Source of the DNA: Octopus vulgaris
Taxonomy: Eukaryota
Reading direction: 5' to 3'
NCBI GenBank assembly: GCA_951406725.2
Contig: OX597816.1
Span: 29,512,001-29,576,000 of the forward strand
Length of the DNA stretch: 64,000 nt
This document shows positions 13,911-27,984 of this stretch, one piece after another (positions within the stretch are counted from its first letter, which is position 1; every line of letters begins with the position of its first letter). The position numbers were made by a program, and so were the translations under genes. A model generated the notes under the pieces. It made no database searches, was not told where the DNA came from, and worked only from the letters and a program-made list of their open reading frames with translations.

Positions 13911-14255
13911 TGCCTTTAGTCGAATAAATCGACCCCAGGACTTATTCTTTGTAAGCTTAGTACTTATTCTACCAGTGTCTTTTGCCGAACCGCTAAGTTA
14001 CGGGGGCGTAAACACACCACCATCGGTAGTTAAGCGATGTTGGGGTGACAAACACAGACACACAAACATATACTCACATATACATATATATATACATATA
14101 TACGACAGGCTTCTTTCAGTTTCCGTCTCCCAAATTCACTCACAAGGCTTTGGTCGGCCCGAGGCTATAGAAGAAGTCACTTGCCCAAGGTGCCAAGCAG
14201 TGGGACTGAACCCGGAACCATGTGGTTCGTAAGCAAACTACTTACCGCACATCCA
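13911..14255 (-). mobile_element. SINE family A copy, 3'-truncated
   Basis: Collinear with the other family A copies. Confidence 0.9.
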
Positions 14256-17200
14256 CAATGAGTTCTGTCTATAACATTGGATTTTGCAATCCAAAATAGT
14301 TGAGGATCCTATCTTATAATCAATGGCCTCTATGCTTATCACACATAACACGTAAGAAAGTTTAGACGAAGAATACTTTTGAAAAAGAAAACAACGTCAT
14401 ATTAAACGCACGTCTGAGAATGCGTGCTCCTTCGAAAAGAATGGCACGAAGAATTATCTTTTACGAATGACAAAAGCTTGCACCTATCAAATTAAAACTT
14501 CGGAAGCTTTTGATTTCAGTTACTCTATGTAATACGAAGCTAGTGTCTTCCAGCATATTTCCCTTAAACATTTGAAGTATCAGTAAAGTTGTTGAATTAA
14601 ACAGCTCATTTCATTTAACATTTCAAAAGCTGAAACACCATAATCCCTACACATGCAATCTTATTAACAAAGAACAAAATCATCTGCTTCTGGTTTTAAG
14701 ACAGACGATTGGTCGGTTTAGATAATGGCTTAAAAGCTTTAAAAGACCATAAATCTATCTTCTTAGCCTACTCTAAATCATATCAATTCTGCAGAAATGG
14801 AATATGATTCAACAAGTTCATACTTGTAATTGATACTATAATTATGCATATTGTTAGCATTCCGCTCCAGAATTCAAATATGACATCGTTAGAGCTCGTT
14901 TAAAATCTTATATTTTCACTATTGATTTGAGCATGCTAAAAAATATTTTCTACTTTCTGATCGATCTGGTTGTGACCCTTTCGCATATTCCTGTCACTTT
15001 CTATCGCCATCTAGTTCTATTATTTAGATTGGGAGCTTAAATGCAATAAATGTTTCATTAGTTGATTACACAAGCATGGACGCCGCCCCTGCAGATGCGT
15101 TGAATTTACTCTCCTGATAGTACTCAGTGACCTTGACCATTCATCTTCTTGCATTCCATCGCTCAACATCAATGTAAGTAGCACTGTTGGCTCTTGTCCA
15201 CTGTAAGAATGTAGGAAGCACTATTGTACTCTTCCGATCCTTTTTTACCATCCGCCGTGCTGTACTCCAATGAATTCATCGTGTCTCTGGCAAGATAGCT
15301 GAACGCGTGCCATGCCTTGCCAAAGAGAGCATCGAAACTAAGCGGGGTAGGGCCATCACTCCCTTAGGTATTTCAAAGCATGCCCAACGATTGTATATAA
15401 TAGCTCACATCTTTTCAAAGGTTATATGGGTTGCTTTGATGGAGATTAAATCTGCATTATAATAGGATTATTTAAACAGCTTAAAATCAAAATTTGTTTC
15501 TATAATTTGATTATACACGAATGATCAAATTTTAGCCCTAATAGGAATGGTAGAGACTTAGAAAATATTTCATACTCTTAAAGTTTTGACCTTAAGCTAT
15601 ATTCATATTGTTAGAAGCTATATTCAAATTAGGCTCAGGTTAATCTCCTTATCAAAAATCTTGCAAACTTAAGCACCATGTTCCGAAAACCACGAATCTT
15701 TCCCCTTTAATTCTAAAAATCGGATCTCTATTTTTGATAAGAGAACTTCTATATATTCTGATGAAGTGATATTTAACTTCTATCGTATTTTACAAATACT
15801 CTTTAAACAGAAGCGCTTTTAGCAATAGGATCGAGTAGATTCTACTACACAAAGATTCGTACTTCAGCAAAACTAGAAGAAAATTTAAATGATTTAATGC
15901 ACCTTTCAATACAAACGTCACAACTACACTTGTATGAACTTTTCAAATTTATTTATTTATTTATTTAGTAAACGCTCCTATAATATCCATAAGTTTCACA
16001 ATTTTCTATATTAGAAATAATGTTAAAATAAGTAACAACAGTATATATATATATGCATATACGTATGTAAGCGTGTGTGGATGCATGCGTAAATATAGGT
16101 GCAGCTTTACGTATGCTATTTAGCACTTGACATCTACGTTTCTATCAGTACGTGCATTAGACTCCTGATATTAAAGGTGAGATCATGCATTCAATACCTG
16201 GATCTTGCTATGGTCTTTTTCCTTGCCCATCATATCCTGTTGTTCCAATTCATTCAGCTTACAATTAACAATTGCAGCACCTGAGGTCAAACCTGTAACC
16301 AAAAGGTGTCTTTCTAGATTAAGTTTTCAACAGGAGGAGTGACAAGCGCATGCCGTTTGATCCAAACGCTGTCATGGGTTACATATGCCGACAGGAAGCT
16401 CACCCCAGCAAAAAACATACATTCACATTATACATGTTAGATTTAATGATGTAAACATGATTTCACAATACGTTCTCTTTATCAGCTATTCAATGTATAT
16501 ATTTACTCAGTACGATTATTTCGCATTTTTTAGGTATTTTTCGTTGATCCATTTTACGATTGCACAGGAAGAATTCTATGGCATGTAACTTCATTCCAAT
16601 GTACGTCCCTGATGTATATTGGGATGAGGTCAAAACAACCCAATAGCCACAAATGCACTATCTTAATGACGGAGAGGGGAAATAAGTTACCTAGCAAACA
16701 ACCAGATCTCCGGTGATTTCGAATATTGATGGATAGCGTCTTCATATTCATGAAGGTTAAGCTCATCTCACGTTGTCACCGTATAACACTCATGTGTTAA
16801 AATGGTCTAATACTGTAGTCAAGGCACATAAATGTAAACATATACATTGACAAGGACTTTAATCGGCCGAAAAATGCCGAAAAATGTCAGAAACAATGAA
16901 GCTAAACATATTGTTCGACTTGCTAACAAAACTGTCAGATCTATCGCCTTGTGAATATATTTCTCTACGTATTTGCATATTTCTATTCATTCATGCATAT
17001 AAACACGTGCGGGCACAAACACATACACGCACACAGACACGCACTCACACATATGCGCGCGCACACTCACACACATACAGATATAGTATGTTACAGTATT
17101 AATTACTGTTGACTTTCATGTTTCCTCAGCATTGTATAATATGTTTCCCTTTCAGTCTATGTATACCCACCATCTCAGGGATATTACCTATATGGGTGAT

Positions 17201-17309
17201 ATAATCAGGAGGATAATAACATGGAATTTACCTGTTTGAAACTTAGAACGAGCCGAAGGTACGCCAGAGTCTGATCTCAATATTTGACGTGAGGTCTTCC
17301 ACGATTATT

Positions 17310-17738
17310 TACTCTTACTCTTTTACTCTTTTACTTGTTTCTGTCATTTGACTGCGGCCATGCTGGAGCACCGCCTTTAATAGAGCAACTCGACCCCGGG
17401 ACTTATTCTTTCGTAAGCCTAGTACTTATTCTATCGGTCTCTTTTGCCTAACCGCTAAGTGACGGGGACATAAACACACCAGCATCGGTTGTCAAGCAAT
17501 GCTAGGGGACAAACACAGACACACAAACAGACACACGCATACACATATATATATATATATATATATACATATATACGACGGGCTTCTTTCAGTTTCCGTC
17601 TACCAAATCCACTCACAAGGCTTTGGTCGGCCCGAGGCTATAGTAGAAGACACTTACCCAAGGTGCCACGCAGTGGGACTGAACCCGGAACCATGCGGTT
17701 GGTAGACAATCTACTTACCACGCAGCCACTCCTGCGCC
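17310..17738 (-). mobile_element. SINE family A, full length
   Basis: Minus strand shows A box TGGCTGCGTGG, B box GGTTCAGTCCC, an internal (TA)/(TG) tract and a (GAGTAAAA)n tail. Confidence 0.95.
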
Positions 17739-18669
17739 TATTTGTCCATTTTCTTGTAATCGCTTCCGTGTTTCATTTCGCTGTGTTGGGGGAAAATGTT
17801 AGCTAGTAAATGTAGAAAATTTTAGTTCCTGATACTCGTAATTATTGCTGTTTCCCTCTCTGTGTCTCGTTGAGACAAATGAAGACATACAAAGGGAAAG
17901 ATCAGGTAGCCTTCTGTGAATGCGCAGCCGGAAACCATTTATAGGAACAGGCGTATTGTTTATGGACACACTAGAAACATTTGAATTTTTGATTGAATAT
18001 GTATATACGAAACTTTTGATTATTTGTATATTTTCTTTAAAAGTTACATCAAACGGAAAAAAATCATTGAAAACAAAATGCAAACTCTTTATTACCATCA
18101 AAATATATAGGTTCCTTACGAACACAGATTCCACGTGTTCATTGAACTTCATATGTAGGCTATTTTTTGTTATGTATTCGATGCCATCACTTCGAAAATA
18201 CTACTTTATTATTGATGCCACTTCGTTCAGGTAGAGAGTTTCATATGAAATATGAGGGCCCGTTGAAATGCGCCTCGTCAGATGTAATAATTCTAGAAAA
18301 AAAACTTCCTTTGATTAGTACGTTATAGATGTGAAAAGTGTGAAAAATAAATTGACTTTCGCCGAATTTGAATTCAGAAAAGGAAATAGAAAAGAAATAG
18401 AAAAAAATCTCGCAAGGCAGTTTGTCCGATGGTCTAGCACCTTGGTCAAATCATATTAATAATATTAATATTAATAATATTAATAATTGAAATAAAGTAA
18501 CTTCTTGCTCGTCACAAAATCATTTATAATTTCTTTTATAATCATCTCTATTAAATATTTTAACACTAAATTGTAGATTTATTTTAGATTGTAGATCTAC
18601 CTTATGTTCCCCCGTGAATTATATTATTAATAGTATGTTGTATTGCTGGAATTATATAAATTAGTATAT

Positions 18670-18968
18670 ATTTATATATAAAAGTGAAGTTGTGTGTCTG
18701 TCTCCTACAATTTAGATTCATAACTACTCCCACATTTTGCGGTGCAGTGTAACCAAAACCGAGTATCTTATAGTCGTGATTCATATCGAGCCCTTATGGG
18801 TATTAGCGCGCGTCTATGATGAGTTTACGATTTAAAAAAAAAATTACCATCATTTTTTCCCATTTTGAATGCATTTTTTTGCTATTATATAAGGGAAGTA
18901 ACTCTCTAAAAAATGCTTATATAGTTATTTCCCTTACAAACCCGAGTAACGCCGGGCGATACTGCTAG
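18670..18968 (+). mobile_element. Non-autonomous Helitron-like element
   Basis: Ends cccgagtaacgccggg-cgatactgCTAG-t; homologous to 12463-12975. Confidence 0.8.
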
Positions 18969-19959
18969 TATTTTCTAAAAGACTTGGCTGGAAGAGAATT
19001 CATTGTGGTACAAGGACTTTGTTGACTGAAAATGTACCTGTGATCTTGAACAGAAGATAAAAGCTTAACTTTATATTCGAAACCGCCATATATATCTCTA
19101 ATACGATAATTAAAATAAATTTAGCAATTAATCAGGAAATGACACTTATGCTGCGATTGCGAACAGATAAATTGATTGTCTTTTGAAAGATTAGAGCGAA
19201 TGGTTCAGAGATATTGAGATTTCGTTCTGTCATACATTTTGGACCATGCTTTGTTTAATAATTAAATGTAGATACAAAATTTAGTTGTACAGGTTATAAT
19301 GTAATTGACGTGTAGTGCGAGAAGCATTGTTTCATTTAAAGAAAATTATTCAATTTTATTATAGAGGAACTTTTATTCCGTAAGAAATCTTCATCAATGT
19401 CTGCATTTAGTTATAACTATTTTAAGCGTGTAATCTCTTTAATTTGACAATAGGAGATTTTAACAATTGTCGACTTAGTGTTCAGAATATACAGATTAAT
19501 TCGATTTCTTTTCTTTCATTATATATGAATACTACTTTTAAATTGAACAGACATTTATGGTATATGTCAAATGAGACGAAATTCGATTCACTTTCAGACT
19601 AACCATCTCTCGTTTTCAATTTGTAGACCGGAAATACAATTAAACACAATCTGGCAGCCAAATGAAGAATAAATATCTCTCATTAAATAAAAAAAAATCA
19701 TAACATGGTTTAAAGACTCTGGGACTCACATTTGTTGATAGTCGTCTCTGCAATAGAATTTACGATATGTGTATTCAGGTCTATATATGATATAGGTAAA
19801 AGTGAAATATAACCACTAGTTTTATACGTCTTCACTTCTACGGAGTGGAATTTGCTATTGATATTATCTGCATTGGTTTAAAGTGATGACCATCGCGAAA
19901 GATTGTATATCTAGGACTACTATATACTTCAGTATATATTTAGTTGATATTGGAGAGTT

Positions 19960-20440
19960 ATTTGTCTCATATTTGTGGTCGGTCGGGAGTTCATGTATTA
20001 GCGCCCACGTTGGGTAAACTTGTTCGTATCTTTGGTAAAATATATACGTCCTATCATAGCTTTAAAAGTATATTTTGCATAAGATTGCTAAGATTGTTAT
20101 TAAGATCATTCCTCTGTTTAACCTTGGGATGTCCTCGAATTCTCTTTCCAGGGACAATAAGTATCATTCTGGCAAATCTCAAAAGACTCAAGTTGTATGG
20201 TTGATATTTCCATAGAATGTTGGGGAATTACTTCTAAATCTACTAATAAATTAATGTAGCAAAGCCATTTTTCTGACATTTAGACATTTTCTGTCTCAGA
20301 TGTTTACCGGAAAAAAATCCACCGTATGGCTTATAAATGCTTAGATTTTGAAGATGTTTTTCAAACCAGAACACACAACTTACTTCATAAAGAAGTACAG
20401 AGGCAATATAATGTTTGTATACTTTAACTATGACTATCAT
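19960..20440 (-). mobile_element. Decayed RTE-clade LINE 3' fragment
   Basis: Minus-strand KVYKHYIASVLLYE (cf. SVLLYGSE) and VPGKRIRGHPK (cf. GKRxRGRP). Confidence 0.55.
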
Positions 20441-20500
20441 TAATGTTCGATTTGAGTTCAAAAGTCACTAATTCGCTATACACACACATACATACATACA

Positions 20501-20534
<34 letters not shown>

Positions 20535-21265
20535 CACACACACGTAAGTATGTGTGTGATTATTCAGTTTTATATCTAGATTTTTTGTCAATAGAAAAAG
20601 AGTTAGTTTATAACCGAAAACCAAGACCCCTTCATTGGAATTCAACATCAAAAAGGTACTTTTATAGGTATGTATATGTGCAAGTTTGTATGTATTGTTT
20701 TATGTATGCATCCTCGTGCGTGTAGTTGCATATCTAGCCATGCTCATATATATTTCAATGGTAAAATTCTGGAAAGTTGTAAAGCTTCTACAGCTTTTAA
20801 AATGACTGTATGCTAAATGGCTTAGACACTATCTGCTGGCATGTCCCAACGTTTCATGCCACGGAAAAAAATTTCAGTTCGAAGTATTTAAACAAAATCG
20901 AACACAGACACACAGCGTATGTGTATTGCCAGTTTGTGGGTCGACTGCAGTTTTTAGTCATATGAGAAAATAGTAATAGTCGGCGATGTAGTGTTAGTGC
21001 ATATAGACATAGTCGCCGATATGGCAGGCTGCGGGTTTTGTTCGGTATACGGCATTGATAAGATAAAACAATGACGAAACATCCATATCCGTCGCTCCGA
21101 CTAAAAACCTGATGTGAGTTGTGTCCCTTGATTGTGACTTAGTTTCGGGTGTCTTTTTACATCAGGATCATAAACAATATATCCACTTACACCTAAAACC
21201 TCAACCGACCCAAGAGCTAACAACACACATACCAAATGAATGTGTTCAGTTTTGTTTATATATAA

Positions 21266-21305
<40 letters not shown>

Positions 21306-21485
21306 CTGTGTCTGCGTGTGTGTGTGTGTGTGTGTGTCTGTCTGTCTGTGTGTGTGTATACTTATAACGAACGAATCCCTCGGCAATTAAGTGACTTTTG
21401 CCAAATATTAATGAAGAGAATATATGCTCATATTTAAAGTTCGGTTCTCGCTTCATCGCAAATGATGCATACATACTTGCATACA

Positions 21486-21533
<48 letters not shown>

Positions 21534-21702
21534 TTAGATAGATAGATAGATAGATATAGATAAATGGATAGATAGAAAGGTAGATAGAATGATAGATAGA
21601 TATAGATATAGATAAATGGATAGATAGATAGGTAGATAGAATGATAGATAGATAAAATTTACTTGGGAAAGTATGTGTGGCGTTCGGTCATATAATAATA
21701 TA

Positions 21703-21788
<86 letters not shown>

Positions 21789-21835
21789 ATATATACATGT
21801 GTAGATGTACATACATGTATACGTATATAGATATG
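21266..21835. repeat. (TA)n/(TG)n/(GATA)n microsatellite cluster
   Basis: Directly visible. Confidence 0.92.
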
Positions 21836-21846
21836 CATATCTGGGA

Positions 21847-22280
21847 ACAGGACATCACAACAAAACATACAAAGTAAGAGGACACCAAATATTAACTTCT
21901 TTTTTCGAACAGCGTAAGAAACAAATGGAAAACAAGACCAACAATACAAAGAACAACCCTTCATCAGTTATCAGCTGTTTTTCTAATCCGTATTTCGAGC
22001 ATTTCACGACAAGATAGGCCTTCGATAAAACTGTTGCTCCCGCAAAGCAAATTGAATAGAATTCGAGATTTTGCGGAGGGTCAAAATTGGTGACAAAAAC
22101 AGGACAGAGAAGGCAAACAGGAAGGGTTGCTAAGCCTAAACAAGGTTGTGGTGGTGAACGCGAAGAAACAAGGTTGGACAGGAGACAGACAAGTACACTC
22201 CGTCTTCTGTTCGCAAAAAAGTTCATATACCATGTCCTCGTAGGTTGTATTTTTGTTGCTTACGCTTTGTGACGTCTTGT
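21847..22280. mobile_element. Microsatellite-embedded element with imperfect terminal inverted repeats (MITE-like or PLE-derived)
   Basis: acaggacatcacaa (21847-21860) matches the reverse complement of ttgtgacgtcttgt (22267-22280) at 12/14. Flanked by TA-rich repeats; 28300-28535 looks loosely related. Confidence 0.4.
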
Positions 22281-22289
22281 GCACACATA

Positions 22290-22340
<51 letters not shown>

Positions 22341-22376
22341 GAACACGTGTAGTATGTACATATACGTATTTATATA

Positions 22377-22454
<78 letters not shown>

Positions 22455-24104
22455 GTATATACATATGTGTAAATATGTACATTTATGTTATTGAAACCTA
22501 CACAAGTAATCATTGAATGTTAATTCTCACATATACCTACAGTTACAACCATATGCAATGATATACTTTCACATTAATAGATTAGGTAAACCTAATGTAT
22601 ATTTTTACTCTGGTAGAATTACTTGCTTATTTTACTGGGACATTTTTTAACCTCTAAAATTCTTTAGAACAGTTTTCTTCTTGAATTACATTTCTGCAAC
22701 TGTTATGTGGAGATGTTAGTTACTTAGTCCGAAATTTCTTACATGCTTCACAGCAAAATATGGTTGACAGGTGTCATGAAAGTAATGGATTAAAACTTGA
22801 CTGTGTCTTAGATTTCTGAAATATTGTTGCACTTACGTGTCTTAACTTTTTTTACAACTTATTCATTCAAGTTTATAGATTTTGTATGGTATACACAGGC
22901 ATACATCTAAACATATTTACTTATACACATTCATACATGTACACATACACATGCACATACATATATACATACTTATACAAATGCAAACATAGACGCATAC
23001 ATACATGAATACCTACATATACATACATAAACAAACATATATATATACATACATGCATGTGTGTGTGTGTGTGTGTGCTTGTTTCGTTCCCGTGTATACT
23101 TAGTGTTAACACTTTTTCAAAATGGCCGTATGTTGCAAATCTCGTCTCTAAGTAGGTACCTTAGTTTTCTGTGAGAATACGCAAATCATAAACCTAGAGA
23201 TATTTGTCAGGAGACAGTAAGCACTAACTATGCTTTTTCTAATTCTATGTTAGATTTCATCGTTCATGCATTTTAGTTTAAATTTTGACCGAACTCTTTA
23301 AATAGATACACACAAATACACATGCATATACATACATATATGCATATGCACATACACAAATTATTGGAAATGTGAAGGAAATGTCCATGCAATGCTGAAT
23401 CAGTCACAAACTCTTCATTCTCGCAACTGAATTCGAAAATTTTGGTGCATGCGCAAATAATGACTACAAAATTTTCCAGAATCCTCTTTCAAAATAGTCA
23501 TTTAAGCATTATTCCAGCTCTTGAAGTAGTCACTTTTCATGTACGTTTTCTATCCAGACCACTCAAGAGGCAAAAGTAAAGCTACTCGAAAATTATTATT
23601 AGCTAGAATTGATTCAAAAGTACTTGGTAAGTGTGCTCTACTCTAACCCCATCTCGGCAATGCCTCAGTGAATTTATTCGTCTGAAACTGCTAGAAAGCT
23701 CCTTATATACACACACACAAACACACACACTCTCACATATATACACACTTACATACATATATAAAGAGGGATTCATATTTTTGTGCATATGTGTTTGTGT
23801 TCAAGATGCAATGTCAACCAACGTCGTTTGGCATCTGTTGTGAGTTTGTCTATGTTAGTGGTACAACTAGAATTAGTGAAAAAGTACGTTCTAAGGTTTT
23901 AAAACGTATGTATCGAGAACGATTTGTTTGATTAAACGTTTCAAAGCTCTGCCTCAGCATGACAGCATTACAATGACTAAAAGAAGTATAAGATAGGTTA
24001 CTCACTATAACACTCACACCCATTCACACAAACACCAACACCTGCCCACATACACGCAAACATATATAAATATATATCAATAAATAAATATCTGTATGTA
24101 TGTA

Positions 24105-24164
<60 letters not shown>

Positions 24165-24361
24165 ATCCAAATATGAACAAAGGGAAAACACACAACAACG
24201 CGAGGATGTGGAACAAGTATAGTGTTATTATACGCTCAGAAAGGAAAGAAAGAAGGAGGATTTAACGTTCCGAGCCGAGCTATTCGTCAGAAACATACAA
24301 AAAGGAAAGGTCTTAAGGAAGGGAAGACGGATAAAGAAAATCGTCAACGATACACACGCGG

Positions 24362-24411
<50 letters not shown>

Positions 24412-24806
24412 GGATGTATGTAAGTATGTATGTATATAAACATATATTGTATTTCGGGATGGTCAGTTTTGGCAAAATAAACACAAGCACTATATGTTTT
24501 TCTACGATCGTTTATTACTCTTTCTTCTTTTATTATTTTAACTCATGTCCGCTGTTATAATAAGCGGAAATGGAATCTGGAAATGGTTATGTATTACGTC
24601 GTGGAAAATGTTGTGTATTATGTTGTATCGAACTTTTAGTATTTGCCTTACTTTTAGTGTGTATTTAAAAGTAAAATCATGATATTTGATACAGCAAATT
24701 TCATCTACTACGTAATCTCTCTTTCATCTATGTAATTTTCTTTCCTTCATATCATTATTTGTCTGGTTTGAAAAAGTTAATCGGCAATCGGATAAAGATG
24801 CATATA

Positions 24807-24848
24807 GACGCAGGAGTGGCTGTGTGGTAAGTAGCTTGCTTACCTACC
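24807..24848 (+). mobile_element. SINE family A 5' part (A box), interrupted
   Basis: gacgcaggagtggctgtgtggtaagtagcttgcttacc is the family A head; the sequence resumes at ~27125. Confidence 0.9.
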
Positions 24849-27124
24849 TCGCATGAGTTTCTATTGTCAGTGTACGCATGCGTCATTGTGTTGTGCACTG
24901 ACGAAGATAGCCGGCAGTGTTTAGCCTGCCAAAAGAAGCTGCTGCAAGGTAAGCCTTTTGTCTCTTGAGTTTAGTGGGTTTGTTGTCTGTGATTATATCA
25001 TTTACAAATAAAGACTCCTTACTGGGTTCAGGATCTTGGTCTGCTTGCGGTTCAGCAATATTGTTCACATTCAGTGAACATTTTTTTCGCATGGTGAGAA
25101 GTACAGTTTGGGGGCGTATCCTTCAACCAAAAGTTGTTCACTTTTTAATAGTGTGTTTTTACAACATTTTTCATTTATTGGAAAGCTGTATCTCTGGTGT
25201 TCACATTAAGTGAAATTTTTTTCTCATTGTGAGAATTATAGTTTGGTAACGTATCCTGCCATCAAACTTTGTTCGCCATTTGTAAATAATGTGTATTTTT
25301 ACAAATACATTTACCAATATTTGGAAAGCTCTATTTCCAGGTTCTAATCGGAGTACCATAGGGCTTGGAATACTTGAATACCCAGAATATTCTTATTACT
25401 GGGTTTGTTGAACTGTTGATTTCTTCTCCTATTGTGACTTTTTTTATTGAACTGTTTGCTTTTTCTCTTCTTTCCTTTAGTTTCCTTATTTCTCTCTTTG
25501 AAATTTGTGAACTATTGTTTTGGACTTTCTACTTTTTTAATTTAAAACATGGCCAAAATACGGATATAAAGAAAACTGTCCTCAAGAACAAAGCAAAGTC
25601 CAGTTGATTGAGGCCTCTGTAGAAGAAGGAACGAAGGCGGCCGAGGAGACGGTGGACTCCTCAAACAAAGGGCCGCAAGAGGAAGAAGGTGAGCAACAAT
25701 AGGTGCTCACCGAAGGATCCTAATGATGAGGGAGGGGCCCTCCTTCAGTTGAGAGAAAAGATAGATGAAGTGGAAGAGAAAAGGGACATTGCCGACAGTC
25801 GGTGACATAGCACCGGAATGTCCCGGGACCATGCTGGTAGGGGTTGTGCCACCGGCAGGGGAAGAGACACCGTTGGGGGGAATTGTGCGACCAACGGTAG
25901 AATTGACTACCTCGAACCCGGAGGAAGACGAACTATTGGTCTTCTTCTACAGAGGCGGAGATGTAGAAGAGGTGGTGGAAAAGCACCATAAGGGAGTACC
26001 TTTAACCTTTACACAGGATCCCGAATGTCCTCCGCAGATAGCTGTGGAGGTCATAACATTGTCTGTGAGGTATAGGCTGCAGGGACTCAATGAGGAATAT
26101 CGCTTGTGGCCGGGCGACGTCGGCTCGGATCCCGCCTTGGTCTTGAATGAAGCGTGGGTGTTGGCGGAGTATACGGGCACAAGCGATGTTGGGGAGGAAT
26201 AGTGACAAGAGATTGAAAAGCCTCAGTGTTATAATGTTTATTGTATAATATTTAATGTTTATTGCATGTTATTGTGTTTAAAGGGCTTAACGCTCCAATT
26301 CTTAAATGGACTATTAGTCCAAAAGTTGTAAAACTGAAGGAAGAGGTTCATTACCTCGTTTTATCTTCTTCTGGGAAAAGAAAAGGAAGAGAATAATGTT
26401 TTAAAGAATCAAAAAATCGGCGGGCGTTTTTTGCCTTCTCCCATTAATATCATCCTTTTCATCATTCACCTAAATCAATGTCTCTGTCCAGCCCGCAAGC
26501 TATCCTGTGTCATGCATTTATGGCAAGATTTTTGAAATAAAGTAGCTTGCTTACTCTCGACGCATGCGCCATCAATTGTCGGCTGCTGCTACTTGTAAAT
26601 GTCACGTCGCTTTGAGCTGCATGAATAAGAGAAATATAAGAGATTGGCTACCGGTAAAACGTTTTGTTTATTTGAGTTCGATGGGGATTTACTGTTGTGT
26701 TATATTTAATTGATACCTGCTGAACTCTAAACATTTTTGTCTGCTTGTGGTGAGTTTGGATGTATTCACATTTTAGTGAGTTAAAACTATTTTTGGTAGG
26801 CGTATCTCGCAAACAAAAAGTTTCTGTGTTTTGGTGGGCGTATCTAAACCAAAATTTTATTCTTGTGCTGTAATTCTTGCCTTGGAGTCCTGGTTTGTTG
26901 TAGTTCCTGCCTCGGAGTGCCTGGTTTTGCTGTTGCTACCAATTTAGAGTTGTAAAGTCGCTTTGAATTGCGTGAATGAAAGGGGAAAACGAGACACGCT
27001 AGAGGTAGGACTTCTTGTTTGTTTTTTTTTTTTAGCTCGGTGGGGATTTGTTGTTGTGTTATTTTTACTAAAATCCTACTGAACTCTAGGTATTTTTCCT
27101 GCCTGTGGTGAGTCTAGCTGTACT
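24849..27124. mobile_element. ~2.3-kb unclassified insertion(s) inside a SINE head
   Basis: Separates collinear SINE halves. Contains a second aagtagcttgcttac (26540-26554), internal diverged repeats and a GC-rich ORF. Confidence 0.7.
25765..26202 (+). CDS. Uncharacterised 145-aa ORF, probably the 3' part of a frameshifted longer ORF from ~25549
   Basis: GC-rich island with a complex, protein-like translation. Upstream acidic frames are broken by stops and frameshifts. No family recognised. Confidence 0.4.
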   Translation: MKWKRKGTLPTVGDIAPECPGTMLVGVVPPAGEETPLGGIVRPTVELTTSNPEEDELLVFFYRGGDVEEVVEKHHKGVPLTFTQDPECPPQIAVEVITLSVRYRLQGLNEEYRLWPGDVGSDPALVLNEAWVLAEYTGTSDVGEE

Positions 27125-27248
27125 CACTTGGTTCTGGGTTCCGTTCTACTGCGTGGCATCTTGGGCAAGTGTCTTCTACTAGAGCCTCAAACCGACCAAA
27201 GTCTTGTGAGTGGATTTGGTAGACAGAAACTGAAAGAAGCCTGTCGTG

Positions 27249-27285
<37 letters not shown>

Positions 27286-27299
27286 ATATAAATAAGTAA

Positions 27300-27353
<54 letters not shown>

Positions 27354-27555
27354 TGTCTGTGTGTCTGTGTTTGTCCGCTCACCATCGCTTGAGAACTGTT
27401 GTTGGTGTGTTTACGTCCCCGTATCTTAGCGCTTCGGCAAAAAAAGACCGAAAGGATAAGTACTAGGCTTACAAAGAATACGTCCTGGGTCAATTCTTCG
27501 ACTAAAGGCAGTGCTCCAGCATGGCTGCAGTCAAATTACTGAAACAAATAATAGA
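27125..27555 (+). mobile_element. SINE family A 3' part (B box to tail)
   Basis: cacttggttctgggttccgttctactgcgtggcatcttgggcaag continues the head interrupted at 24848. Confidence 0.9.
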
Positions 27556-27984
27556 ATATGTATTTCCTGTCGGCCATACGTTTACAGACTTACTACTTGC
27601 ATAAATACATAAAATTGTTGAAGCCTGATAGTTCTAGGTCTTCAAATATACAGGAATAACATTTTACGAATCGAGAAAATTGCACAAGGTGTTTAGTGAT
27701 TTGTGTGTTATGAGGTCAATTACTACCTTGGTAAATGTAACACATTTCAAGTTCATTAAGGAAACCAGTTTTCTATCCAAAGCAACAGCGAATTTGTTCA
27801 CAGTGGGCGACTTAAGAAGGGATTCTTTGAGTCAGTTTTAATAGTTCATAATGTAGGATACCTTCCGTATCGTACTAAACACTCAAACAATATTTTCAAT
27901 AGGTGAAGTTATTATCATGAATATATTGCTGTTGTCTCATTGGGGCTTAGCTACTGTCTCTGACGCATAATATTATTGTAACGG

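Noticed and set aside
13975-14232. Recurrent ORFs with IHSQGFGRPEAI...CPRCHAVGLNPEPCG (also 17499, 30940, 33693)
   Set aside because: Antisense reading of SINE family A, not a gene family.
15080-15420. Possible LINE RT relic on the minus strand (KYL.., KAWHAF, LEYS)
   Set aside because: Too degenerate to support without a search.
21958-21985. Minus-strand GAAAAACAGCTGATAACTGATGAAGGG with both HHR boxes in permuted order
   Set aside because: No stem I between the boxes and no clear stem II partner.
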